Of a DNA stretch of 42,461 nt, positions 19,455 through 27,677 are shown one piece after another (within the stretch, counting starts at the first letter, position 1; every line of letters starts with the position of its first letter). Position numbers and translations under genes: made by a program. Under the pieces are notes generated by a model. The model did not search any database. It worked only from the letters and a program-made list of their open reading frames with translations, and was not told the origin of the DNA. The stretch covers positions 1 to 42,461 of the forward strand of contig JBEPZX010000011.1 in the NCBI GenBank assembly GCA_041640635.1, in the 5' to 3' direction. Origin of the DNA: Aquificaceae bacterium (GTDB lineage: Bacteria > Aquificota > Aquificia > Aquificales > Aquificaceae).

Positions 19455-19474
19455 AAAGGTTATAATTTTAAATC

Positions 19475-20491
19475 ATGGGTTACAAAGTTGCCGTAGTAGG
19501 TGCCACCGGTGAAGTGGGCAGAATGTTTCTGAAAGTTTTGGAAGAAAGAGACTTCCCTGTAGATGAGCTTTTGCTTTTTGCCAGTGAAAGGTCGGAAGGT
19601 GCAGAACTTACTTTCAAAGGTCAAAGCGTAAAGGTACAAGCTGTAAACAAACAGAAGGGGTTTAAAGGTATAGATATAGCTTTGTTTTCCGCTGGGGGAT
19701 CTGTGAGCAAGGAGTATGCTCCTCTATTTGCAAAGGATGGTGCTGTGGTGATAGATAACTCCTCCGCCTGGCGGATGGATCCCGAAGTTCCCCTTGTGGT
19801 GCCAGAGGTAAACCCAGAGGACGTAAAATGGCACAGAGGTATCATAGCTAATCCTAACTGTTCTACTATACAGATGGTTGTTGCATTAAAGCCCATATAC
19901 GATGCGGTAGGTATAGAGTCAATAGTAGTTTCTACATATCAATCGGTTTCTGGTGCAGGAGCCAAAGCGATAAACGAACTCAAAGAACAAGTCAAATCTT
20001 GGTGTGAAAATAAAGAAATACCAGAAAATAAGGCACTTCCTAAGACCATAGCCTTTAACGTTATCCCACAAATCGACGTGTTCACAGAAAACGGCTACAC
20101 TAAGGAAGAGATGAAAATGGTAAACGAAACACGGAAGATAATGCACGATGAGAACATAAAAGTGTCACCTACTACCGTTAGAGTGCCCGTTTTTTATGGA
20201 CACTCTGAGGCTGTATCCATAAAAACCAAAAAGGAAATCACACCCGAGCAAGCAAGGGCAATACTTGAGAAAGCAAAGGGAGTGGTTGTTGTAGATAAGC
20301 CAGAAGATATACAATACCCGCTTCCTATATTGGCACAAGGAAAAGATGAAGTCTTCGTTGGAAGAATAAGAAAAGACCTGGTCTTTGAGCCCGGACTTGC
20401 TATGTGGATAGTGGCAGACAATATTCGTAAGGGTGCGGCTACAAATGCTGTCCAGATAGCGGAACTTTTATTAGATTATGGTTTAATATAA
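19475..20491 (+). CDS. asd: Aspartate-semialdehyde dehydrogenase
   Basis: VVGATGEVG, IDNSSAWRM, ANPNCST, DNIRKGAATNAVQIAE. Confidence 0.97.
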   Translation: MGYKVAVVGATGEVGRMFLKVLEERDFPVDELLLFASERSEGAELTFKGQSVKVQAVNKQKGFKGIDIALFSAGGSVSKEYAPLFAKDGAVVIDNSSAWRMDPEVPLVVPEVNPEDVKWHRGIIANPNCSTIQMVVALKPIYDAVGIESIVVSTYQSVSGAGAKAINELKEQVKSWCENKEIPENKALPKTIAFNVIPQIDVFTENGYTKEEMKMVNETRKIMHDENIKVSPTTVRVPVFYGHSEAVSIKTKKEITPEQARAILEKAKGVVVVDKPEDIQYPLPILAQGKDEVFVGRIRKDLVFEPGLAMWIVADNIRKGAATNAVQIAELLLDYGLI

Positions 20492-20493
20492 GA

Positions 20494-20913
20494 ATGCTTA
20501 GGATTAAAAAAAGTGCTCTAGAAAAGGCTATTCAACATGCACAAAAGGATTACCCTTATGAGGCTTGCGGATTACTCCTCGGCAAAATACATCAAGATGT
20601 AAGAACTGTCTTTGGTATATACCCCACACCCAATACACATCCAGAGAGGAAAGGTGACAGATACCAAATAGATCCCAAGGATTACCTGAAAGCGGAAAAT
20701 AAAGCGAAAGAGTTCGGATTAGAAATTGTTGGCGTTTACCACTCTCATCCAGACCATCCAGACAGACCTTCACAGTTTGATGAAGAAAGAGCCTTTGAAG
20801 GATTTTCTTACATAATTTTTTCTGTTAGTAATTCAAAAGTGTTATCTTACAGAAGTTGGGAACTCTTTGAAGGAAAGTTCAGAGAAGAAGAAATAGAAAT
20901 CTTTGGTTTTTAG
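20494..20913 (+). CDS. JAMM/MPN+ (M67) metallopeptidase, Mec+/CysO-peptidase like
   Basis: YPYEACGLLLG, GVYHSHPDHP..PS.FD. Confidence 0.88.
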   Translation: MLRIKKSALEKAIQHAQKDYPYEACGLLLGKIHQDVRTVFGIYPTPNTHPERKGDRYQIDPKDYLKAENKAKEFGLEIVGVYHSHPDHPDRPSQFDEERAFEGFSYIIFSVSNSKVLSYRSWELFEGKFREEEIEIFGF

Positions 20914-20934
20914 TATTATAATATATATAGCTTA

Positions 20935-21006
20935 GCGGGCGTAGCTCAGTGGTGGAGCGGCTGCTTGCCATGCAGCAGGTCGCGGGTTCGAGTCCCGTCG
21001 CCCGCT
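20935..21006 (+). tRNA. tRNA-Gly(GCC)
   Basis: GCGGGCG/CGCCCGC-T, anticodon arm GCTGC-TTGCCAT-GCAGC, GGTTCGAGTCC; no CCA. Confidence 0.95.
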
Positions 21007-21018
21007 TTTTGTTTTTTA

Positions 21019-21090
21019 GGCGACGTGGCCGAGCGGCTAGGCGAGGGACTGCAAATCCCTTTTACGGCGGTTCGAGTCCGCCCGTCGCCT
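21019..21090 (+). tRNA. tRNA-Cys(GCA)
   Basis: GGCGACG/CGTCGCC-T, anticodon arm AGGGA-CTGCAAA-TCCCT, GGTTCGAGTCC; no CCA. Confidence 0.95.
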
Positions 21091-21122
21091 GTTATCCTGA
21101 TAAGAACATTTGGAGGTTAGAA

Positions 21123-21404
21123 ATGCCAAATACAAGACAAGCGGAAAAACGTATGAGGAGAGATGCAAAAAGAAGAGTGCGCAACAGGTATCATCTCTCC
21201 AGAATGAGGACTTACATTAAAAACTTAAGGAAATTGGTTGAAAATAAGCAATTAGAGGAAGCTATGCAATTTCTACCAAAGGTCGTTAGCATTATACAAC
21301 ACACGGCGGCAAAAGGTGTAATCCACAAGAATGAAGCTAGCAGGAGAGTGTCAAGAGTTTACAAACTTGTAAATAAAGCTCTTCAGTCTTCCAAGAGCCA
21401 ATAA
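21123..21404 (+). CDS. rpsT: 30S ribosomal protein S20
   Basis: MPNTRQAEKR...KGVIHKNEASRRVSR; SD GGAGG before ATG 21123. Confidence 0.95.
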   Translation: MPNTRQAEKRMRRDAKRRVRNRYHLSRMRTYIKNLRKLVENKQLEEAMQFLPKVVSIIQHTAAKGVIHKNEASRRVSRVYKLVNKALQSSKSQ

Positions 21405-22838
21405 GGCAAGTTCTTCCCTTAGAATAATTAAGCAAACTAAGTAGGTAAAGATACCTACCGGTATTATGTAGATAAGTGTAAAAGGGTTGCTGTTTAGTTG
21501 TTTTAGAGCGTATATTACGGAAATCATGACCAGAGAAGACAATACACCTTTCGTTGATAAGTTTATAATACTAGTTAGTTTTATAATATTGTTCTTATAT
21601 ACAAAGTAAATAAACCCAACAATTGCAGATGTTGAAGTTCCTAAAGCCAAACCTACTACTCCCATTTTTAACCAAAATGCGTAAACAAAGGCGAATAACC
21701 CCTCAGAAGCAACAGTTAGGAAGGAGGCTACCATTGGTGTTTTTGTGTCTCCTTTGGCGAAGAAGGTTGCACCCAAAAGCTTTTGGAGAGAAAAAAATAC
21801 AAGCCCTAGAGAGTACGCTTTAAGAACATGGCTAGCTATTATTGCGTCTTCCTGTGTGAATTTACCTCTCATATAGAGTAGTCCTATTATTTGGTCAGAC
21901 AGCACAATCAAACCAGCGGTTGCTGGGATAGAGAGCAAAAGCACAAATCTTATGGCTAGTGTTGTGTTGCCTTTGTAGTTTCCCTCTACTGACAAAGCAG
22001 AAAGCAAGGAGTTAGCCATCCCTACAGAAACTACACCCAAAGGAAGTTGAAATATCCTATTTGCATAGTATAAATAAGAAACTGCGCCAAGAGCCAAGAA
22101 AGAAGCCAAGAGAGTATCTACAAAGAAAGATAATTGAGCTATACCAAAACCTAAAAGACTTGGGATTAATCTCTTGATTAGAAGTTTAATATCTGAATCC
22201 CATTTGAAAGACAATCCAAGGGAGATACCCTTTAGAAAAGGTATATGAAAAAATGCTTGTAATATACCACCTATTAGCACTCCTAGTATTAGAGAGTAGA
22301 TGCCGTACTGATGGCCAAGTAAAGCAACAATGAGAGAAAAAACTATATTAAAAATACCTTGCGCAAAAGCAGGGACAAAAAACTTTCCTTTTACGTTCAG
22401 AACAGCCATGAAGAAGGAGCTTATACCTATAAAAAAGAGGTATATGAAGAACCAGCGAGCAAAAAAAACAGCTAAAGGGAAATGTTCTTTATTCTTTATT
22501 CCAGGAGCAATCAAAAGGATAATGTAACTAGCAAAAATAATGCCAAGAAAAGTGATAATTAGATTGGTCAAAGTGTAAAAAGTAAAAACGGATGACAAAA
22601 AGTTTTTTTCTTTTCCTTCCTTCACATTCTCAGCGTACAGTGGAATAAAGGCTGCATTGAAGCCACCTTCTCCCAAAAGTCGCCTGAAAGTGTTTGGAAG
22701 ACGAAAAGCTATAAAAAAAGCATCGGTAACAGAAGAGACCCCAAATTGATACGCCAAAACGGCATCCCTTACGTAACCAAATACTCTACTTAACAAAGTA
22801 CCAAAAGAAAAGGCCAAACTATGTTTTATTAAACCCAT
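21351..22838 (-). CDS. murJ: Lipid II flippase MurJ (MviN)
   Basis: SRVFGYVRD, DAF.IAFRLPN.FRRLLGEG, YANRIFQLP. Confidence 0.95.
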   Translation of the reverse strand: MGLIKHSLAFSFGTLLSRVFGYVRDAVLAYQFGVSSVTDAFFIAFRLPNTFRRLLGEGGFNAAFIPLYAENVKEGKEKNFLSSVFTFYTLTNLIITFLGIIFASYIILLIAPGIKNKEHFPLAVFFARWFFIYLFFIGISSFFMAVLNVKGKFFVPAFAQGIFNIVFSLIVALLGHQYGIYSLILGVLIGGILQAFFHIPFLKGISLGLSFKWDSDIKLLIKRLIPSLLGFGIAQLSFFVDTLLASFLALGAVSYLYYANRIFQLPLGVVSVGMANSLLSALSVEGNYKGNTTLAIRFVLLLSIPATAGLIVLSDQIIGLLYMRGKFTQEDAIIASHVLKAYSLGLVFFSLQKLLGATFFAKGDTKTPMVASFLTVASEGLFAFVYAFWLKMGVVGLALGTSTSAIVGFIYFVYKNNIIKLTSIINLSTKGVLSSLVMISVIYALKQLNSNPFTLIYIIPVGIFTYLVCLIILREELALLALGRLKSFIYKFVNS

Positions 22839-22910
22839 AAAAGATACAAAATTATAACCTAAAACTGGTATTTTTAATTTTTTATGTTTAATATTTATAT
22901 TCTTATATCC

Positions 22911-22947
22911 TTATACTGTTATATAAATTTAAATTATAACGGTATAA
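22911..22947. promoter_or_regulatory. 37-bp imperfect palindrome upstream of the sox cluster
   Basis: TTATACTGTTATA-N11-TATAACGGTATAA, 12/13 arm complementarity. Confidence 0.5.
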
Positions 22948-22958
22948 AAAAGTCTTAA

Positions 22959-22986
22959 TTGCATATCAATACAGTGATGTTAAATT
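22959..22986 (+). promoter_or_regulatory. Putative sigma70 promoter of the sox cluster
   Basis: TTGCAT-16bp-TAAATT with extended TG, 7 nt before ATG 22994. Confidence 0.45.
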
Positions 22987-22993
22987 AAACTCT

Positions 22994-23413
22994 ATGATGA
23001 AGATAGTAGCTATAAAACTTATATTACTTAGTTTCCTAACTATAAATTTAAGCTTTGCCAATTGGTATACAAAGGTTGATGAAGGTATGCAAAAGGCTAA
23101 AAAAGAAGAAAAGCTTGTTATGTTTTACTTTTACAGCAAAGGATGTTCTTACTGTCAACAGATGGAGTATGTATTTGGAGAAGATGACGTAGCGAAGCGT
23201 ATGGAAAACCTAATAGTGATTTCTTTGGACACCTTTTCTGATGAAGGTAGAGCATGGGCGTATAAATTTGGTGTATTTGGGGTACCATCCTATGTGTTTT
23301 ATAACCCAAAAACTGATAAAGTAGTGTCTAAAGGCTTTGGTAGCATGCCTGCAAACTCATTTATAAACTTTGTACAGAATGCATGCAAATTATCTAGCAT
23401 TAAAAATTGCTAA
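22994..23413 (+). CDS. soxW: Periplasmic thioredoxin-fold protein, SoxW-like
   Basis: Signal peptide, GCSYC, GVFGVPSYVF; first gene of the sox cluster. Confidence 0.7.
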   Translation: MMKIVAIKLILLSFLTINLSFANWYTKVDEGMQKAKKEEKLVMFYFYSKGCSYCQQMEYVFGEDDVAKRMENLIVISLDTFSDEGRAWAYKFGVFGVPSYVFYNPKTDKVVSKGFGSMPANSFINFVQNACKLSSIKNC

Positions 23414-23436
23414 TAAATCTTATAGGAGGTGTAGCC

Positions 23437-23889
23437 ATGGACAGGAGAACATTTTTGGCAGCAGCCGCACTAAGTGTATTGGGGTTAACTGCAACCCCAC
23501 TAACTCTAAAGCCATCTTTTGCATCTGCAGCTCCGGAGCGTCTAGTCAAAGCCGTTAAGGAGCGTGCGGGTGTTGATCTGTCCGATGTAAAGGTGAGTGA
23601 CCAGATTACTATCCAAGCCCCGACCATAGCGGAAACAGCTGCAGCAATTCCCATAACCGTCGAGTCAAATATCCCAGTAGATAAGGTGGAAAAAGTATGG
23701 ATTTTCGTAGACAATAACGCAAATCCATACATCCTCGATATGACCGTAACTCCCCTAAGCGGTAAAGTTTTTGTGAGCACAAGGATAAAGATGAGAGACT
23801 CTTCAAACATAAGGGCTATAATGAAACTAAAAGACGGTTCTTACATAATGGCTGCTAGAGAAGTAAAGGTGACCGTAGGTGGTTGCTGA
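23437..23889 (+). CDS. soxY: Thiosulfate oxidation carrier SoxY
   Basis: Tat signal DRRTFL, APTIAE, NANP, TRIKM, C-terminal VKVTVGGC; SD GGAGG before ATG 23437. Confidence 0.93.
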   Translation: MDRRTFLAAAALSVLGLTATPLTLKPSFASAAPERLVKAVKERAGVDLSDVKVSDQITIQAPTIAETAAAIPITVESNIPVDKVEKVWIFVDNNANPYILDMTVTPLSGKVFVSTRIKMRDSSNIRAIMKLKDGSYIMAAREVKVTVGGC

Positions 23890-23900
23890 CAGCTTTCATT

Positions 23901-23922
23901 GGTGCCCTAACGGGCACCTTTT
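23901..23922 (+). terminator. GC hairpin plus T4 after soxY (intrinsic terminator-like; see findings for the SECIS alternative)
   Basis: GGTGCCC-TAAC-GGGCACC-TTTT. Confidence 0.6.
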
Positions 23923-23991
23923 ACAAAACCTCTTACAAAATGACAAATTCTGAAGCAAAGAAGAACTTAACGAGAAAATAAAAAAGTAAAA

Positions 23992-24000
23992 TGGTAAAAT
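23992..24000 (+). promoter_or_regulatory. Extended -10 element upstream of soxZ
   Basis: TG-G-TAAAAT about 35 nt before the soxZ ATG; SD AAGGAGG. Confidence 0.4.
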
Positions 24001-24035
24001 TGAAAAATAAAAAAAAATAATATAAGGAGGTAGAA

Positions 24036-24365
24036 ATGAGTATAATAGGAACAGGAGTGCTTCGTGTGCCAAAGGAAGTAAAAAAGGGTGAAGTTTTCAG
24101 GGTGCAAATGGTAATAACTCACCCAATGGAGACAGGCAATAGGAAAGATGCACAGGGGAATCTAATCCCGGCTCATCATTTAACAAAGCTAGTAGTAACC
24201 TATAACAACAGGGAGGTTACTACGATCAATATGGGGGGAGCACCGAGTACAAATCCATTCTTTGCTGTTACAGTTTTAGCTGACCAATCTGGAGTAATTA
24301 AAATCGATTATGAAGACAACAAAGGTGGTAAGTGGTCAAAAGATGCAGAGATAAAGGTTGTATAA
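24036..24365 (+). CDS. soxZ: Thiosulfate oxidation carrier SoxZ
   Basis: HPMETG.RKD..G.LIPAH, S.NP, DNKG; no signal peptide, as expected for Tat co-export. Confidence 0.94.
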   Translation: MSIIGTGVLRVPKEVKKGEVFRVQMVITHPMETGNRKDAQGNLIPAHHLTKLVVTYNNREVTTINMGGAPSTNPFFAVTVLADQSGVIKIDYEDNKGGKWSKDAEIKVV

Positions 24366-24381
24366 AGGAGGTATATAAGCC

Positions 24382-25200
24382 ATGAAGAGGGCTATTTTCA
24401 GAGCCTTAGTTTCACTAGGTATACTTAGTAGCATTGGACTTTCTTCCGCCCAAGATGCAAGTGTTACAGAGGACGAAGAAAAAGCTCTTAAAGAAGCTCT
24501 GAAACAGCTTGCTGAAGGAATCAACCCAGCGGAAATATGGTATGAACAGGGCAAAGAACTTGTTAAAAAATACAACATAGACAAATGTGACTTTGGATTA
24601 GGACCAGGTGTATTTAAGGGTGCTCTAGCGCAGCTTCCTAGATACTTTCCGGATGCTAAAAAAGTCATGGATCTAGAAACTCGCTTAGGTTGGTGCTTGC
24701 AACAGTATGCAGGTATGGCACCAGAGCAAGTAAGAAAATTTGCTATGCAGTGTTGGGGAAAAACCAACTGTTTCTCCGAATACGAGGCGATGGTAACATA
24801 TCTATCCATGGAGTCCAATGGTTATAAGTTTAATGTAAACTTGAAAGATCCCCAAGTAAAGAAAATGTATGAGCTAGGTAAAAAGGTCTATTATGCTAGA
24901 ATGGGGCCCTGGGACTTTAACTGTGCAACATGTCACGCAGGAAAACAACAACAAAGAATAAGAGCAAGTGCATTGTGGAGCATAGATAGAGGTGAAGTTG
25001 GATCTGCAGTAAACAAATTCCCAATCTACAGAGTATCTTGGAACCAAGTATTTCCGATGCATTATAGGTATGCTGAATGTTTAAGGCAAACGAGATTGCC
25101 ATACCTTAAGCCTCACTCTGATATAGCTGTAGCATTGAGCACTTATCTTTATGGTTCTGCCAACGGAACAGAAATAAAAGTTCCTGCAATAGCAAGATAG
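24382..25200 (+). CDS. soxA: Sulfur oxidation c-type cytochrome SoxA (monoheme)
   Basis: Single CATCH, LPRYFPD...DLE.RL..C, FPIYR, R...C.RQ.R catalytic Cys. Confidence 0.93.
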   Translation: MKRAIFRALVSLGILSSIGLSSAQDASVTEDEEKALKEALKQLAEGINPAEIWYEQGKELVKKYNIDKCDFGLGPGVFKGALAQLPRYFPDAKKVMDLETRLGWCLQQYAGMAPEQVRKFAMQCWGKTNCFSEYEAMVTYLSMESNGYKFNVNLKDPQVKKMYELGKKVYYARMGPWDFNCATCHAGKQQQRIRASALWSIDRGEVGSAVNKFPIYRVSWNQVFPMHYRYAECLRQTRLPYLKPHSDIAVALSTYLYGSANGTEIKVPAIAR

Positions 25201-25211
25201 GAGGTGGTTTT

Positions 25212-25904
25212 ATGAAAAAACTTTGGTATGTTCTAACTTTAGTTGCTGCTTTTTCTTTAATTGGAACTGAAATTTCTTATTCACAAAAAGGCAAGACTCA
25301 AACAAAGGGGGCTAGCCAAGCTCAAACAAAAATAACAGAAGAAGAATTCCAAAAATTACTTAAAGAAAGTTTTGACGATAACCCTGTAGTAGCATGGAAG
25401 ATACAACAGGACGAGGCCCAGAGAATATGTAGTAAGTATAACTCAAGGGAAGAAATGCCACCCAAGGATATTCAAAAGGTTATGGAGCTTTCTAGCAACA
25501 TCAAGTATCCTGACTGGGGTATATATTTAGGTAACTGGGAAAACGGCAAGAAAATTGTAACGGGTTCTGCTGGTCGTAATGTCCCTTACGGCTTTTCGGA
25601 TAAGCCTGGGGCTATAGGAACTAACTGTTATGCGTGCCACGAAATAGAGCGTGGAATCGTAGGTGGTAACCTTGGACCTTCTCTAAGAGCATACGGAAAG
25701 AGGTGGGGTATAACCAAGGAAAACATGAACTCACCAGAAAGCATAGAAAAGATAAAAACTGTCTACAGTATAATTTACAACAGCTGGGCTATGTATCCGT
25801 GCGCGCCTATGCCAAGATATGGACATAATGCTATCTTGAGTTCTAGAGAAATAGCTGACGTAGTAGCATACCTATTACACCCAGAATCACCAGTAAACAA
25901 ATAA
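25212..25904 (+). CDS. soxX: Sulfur oxidation c-type cytochrome SoxX
   Basis: NCYACH, GNLGPSL, MPRYG, YLLHPESPVNK. Confidence 0.92.
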   Translation: MKKLWYVLTLVAAFSLIGTEISYSQKGKTQTKGASQAQTKITEEEFQKLLKESFDDNPVVAWKIQQDEAQRICSKYNSREEMPPKDIQKVMELSSNIKYPDWGIYLGNWENGKKIVTGSAGRNVPYGFSDKPGAIGTNCYACHEIERGIVGGNLGPSLRAYGKRWGITKENMNSPESIEKIKTVYSIIYNSWAMYPCAPMPRYGHNAILSSREIADVVAYLLHPESPVNK

Positions 25905-25923
25905 GATTCAGGAGGTACTATTT

Positions 25924-27675
25924 ATGAAAGTAAGTAGAAGAGGGGCTATATTAGGTGCTTTAGGCGGCTTGACCTCATCTTATCTATTGTCAAGCTGTGC
26001 TGGTACTGCTACTAAAGTTAAAGTAGAAGATCTTATGTTAACCAAAGGAGTTGGTAACGTCACAATACTACATACGACGGATCTACATGGGCATCTAAAG
26101 CCCCTCTATTTTGCAGAACCGCCTAATTTAATACCCCCAAAAGGGCTAGCTGGAACGCCAGGTTATTTAGCAGGTGATGATTTTTCAAAGTATTACAAAT
26201 TGCTTCCGGAAACGCCGGAAGCTTACGTATACAATGGTAGTAATTTTGTAAAACTTGCGAAAACTTATGGTAGGACTGGTGGCGCTGGCAAAATAGCCTG
26301 GATAATGAAAAGAATTGTAGAAGAAAGAGGAAGGAAAAATGTGCTTATTCTTGATGGTGGCGATACATGGGTAACATCAGCAATAGGATTACTTACTGAA
26401 GGAGATGCCATTATAGACTGGATGAACTATGTAGGATACGATGTAATGGTATTTCACTGGGAATTTACACTCGGAAAGGACAAGGTTTTTGAGAAAATCA
26501 AGAAATTAAAAGCTGAAGCTATATCTTACAATATTGTAGATGAATTTGAAGAACCTGTTCTTAAGCCTTACACTATAAAAGAAGTTGGAGGTGCAAAGGT
26601 AGGTATAATTGGGAGTTCTTTCCCCTATATTCCTCAAGCACATCCAAGAAGCTTAAGCGAAGGTTTGTCCTTTGGTGTAAGGATAGAAGATCTTAAAAAA
26701 TACGTATCTGAACTCAAAAATAAGCATAAAGTTGATTTGGTAGTGCTTTTATCTCACGATGGATTACCTTTAGATATAGCATTGGCAAGGGATGTTCCTG
26801 GTATAGATGTTATATTTACAGGACATACACATGATATGACTCCACAAGCTATAAAAGTTGGTAACACGCTGATAATCTGTTCAGGCTCACATGGAAAGGT
26901 AGTTACTAGACTGGACTTGGACGTAAAAAATGGCAAGATAAGGGATTACAGTCTAAAGCTTATACCTGTTCTTGCAGATGTAATACCATCGGATAAAGGA
27001 GCAGAAGAGATAGTAAGCAAACATTACAGCAAGCACGAAAATAAGCTGTCTCAAGTAATAGGTGTTGCTGACACGATGCTCTACAAGAGAGATACTGCTT
27101 TTTCCACAATGGACAGACTCATAGGTATGGCTATTATGGATCATTACCACGGTATAGATCTTGTACAGTCACCCGGCTTTAGATGGGGGGATACTATTCT
27201 TCCAGGGGATCCCATAACTGTAGAAAGGGCAATGAACTTTGTAGGATTAACTTATCCAAACGTATACATAACTAGAAGAACTGGTCAGCAGTTGAAAACC
27301 ATATGGGAAGATATAGCAGACAACGTGTTTAACCCCAATCCTTACTATCAACAAGGTGGTGACTTCCCAAGAATCATAGGTGCTGATATAGTTTTTGAAG
27401 CAAATGCTTCTGTAGGAAGTAGAATAAAGAATGTAAGCATAAAGGGTAAGCAGTTAGAGCCAAACAAAGAGTATCTGGTTGCAGTATATGGAGCTCCGCC
27501 TCCTCCAGCAGAAGTGATTGTGAAAGATGCAAAACCAGTGCCCGTATATGACATATTAGTAAATTACATAAAGAAACTTAAAAACGTATATGTAGATCCC
27601 AAACCTAACGTGCGCTTTGTGGACAGAAATTATAAAACACCAGAAGAAGTATATGGAAAGATAACAAGGAGTTAA
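25924..27675 (+). CDS. soxB: Thiosulfohydrolase SoxB
   Basis: HTTDLHG, LDGGDTW, HWEFT, LSHDG, GHTHD, PGFRWG, FNPNPYYQQGGD. Confidence 0.95.
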   Translation: MKVSRRGAILGALGGLTSSYLLSSCAGTATKVKVEDLMLTKGVGNVTILHTTDLHGHLKPLYFAEPPNLIPPKGLAGTPGYLAGDDFSKYYKLLPETPEAYVYNGSNFVKLAKTYGRTGGAGKIAWIMKRIVEERGRKNVLILDGGDTWVTSAIGLLTEGDAIIDWMNYVGYDVMVFHWEFTLGKDKVFEKIKKLKAEAISYNIVDEFEEPVLKPYTIKEVGGAKVGIIGSSFPYIPQAHPRSLSEGLSFGVRIEDLKKYVSELKNKHKVDLVVLLSHDGLPLDIALARDVPGIDVIFTGHTHDMTPQAIKVGNTLIICSGSHGKVVTRLDLDVKNGKIRDYSLKLIPVLADVIPSDKGAEEIVSKHYSKHENKLSQVIGVADTMLYKRDTAFSTMDRLIGMAIMDHYHGIDLVQSPGFRWGDTILPGDPITVERAMNFVGLTYPNVYITRRTGQQLKTIWEDIADNVFNPNPYYQQGGDFPRIIGADIVFEANASVGSRIKNVSIKGKQLEPNKEYLVAVYGAPPPPAEVIVKDAKPVPVYDILVNYIKKLKNVYVDPKPNVRFVDRNYKTPEEVYGKITRS

Positions 27676-27677
27676 AT

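Noticed and set aside
20949..21122. 58-aa N-terminal extension of S20 in the ORF track
   Set aside because: It runs through tRNA-Gly and tRNA-Cys; the real start is ATG 21123 with an SD.
23400..24818. Antisense ORFs of 136 aa and 160 aa over soxY and soxA
   Set aside because: Shadow frames of well-supported genes with no recognisable motifs.
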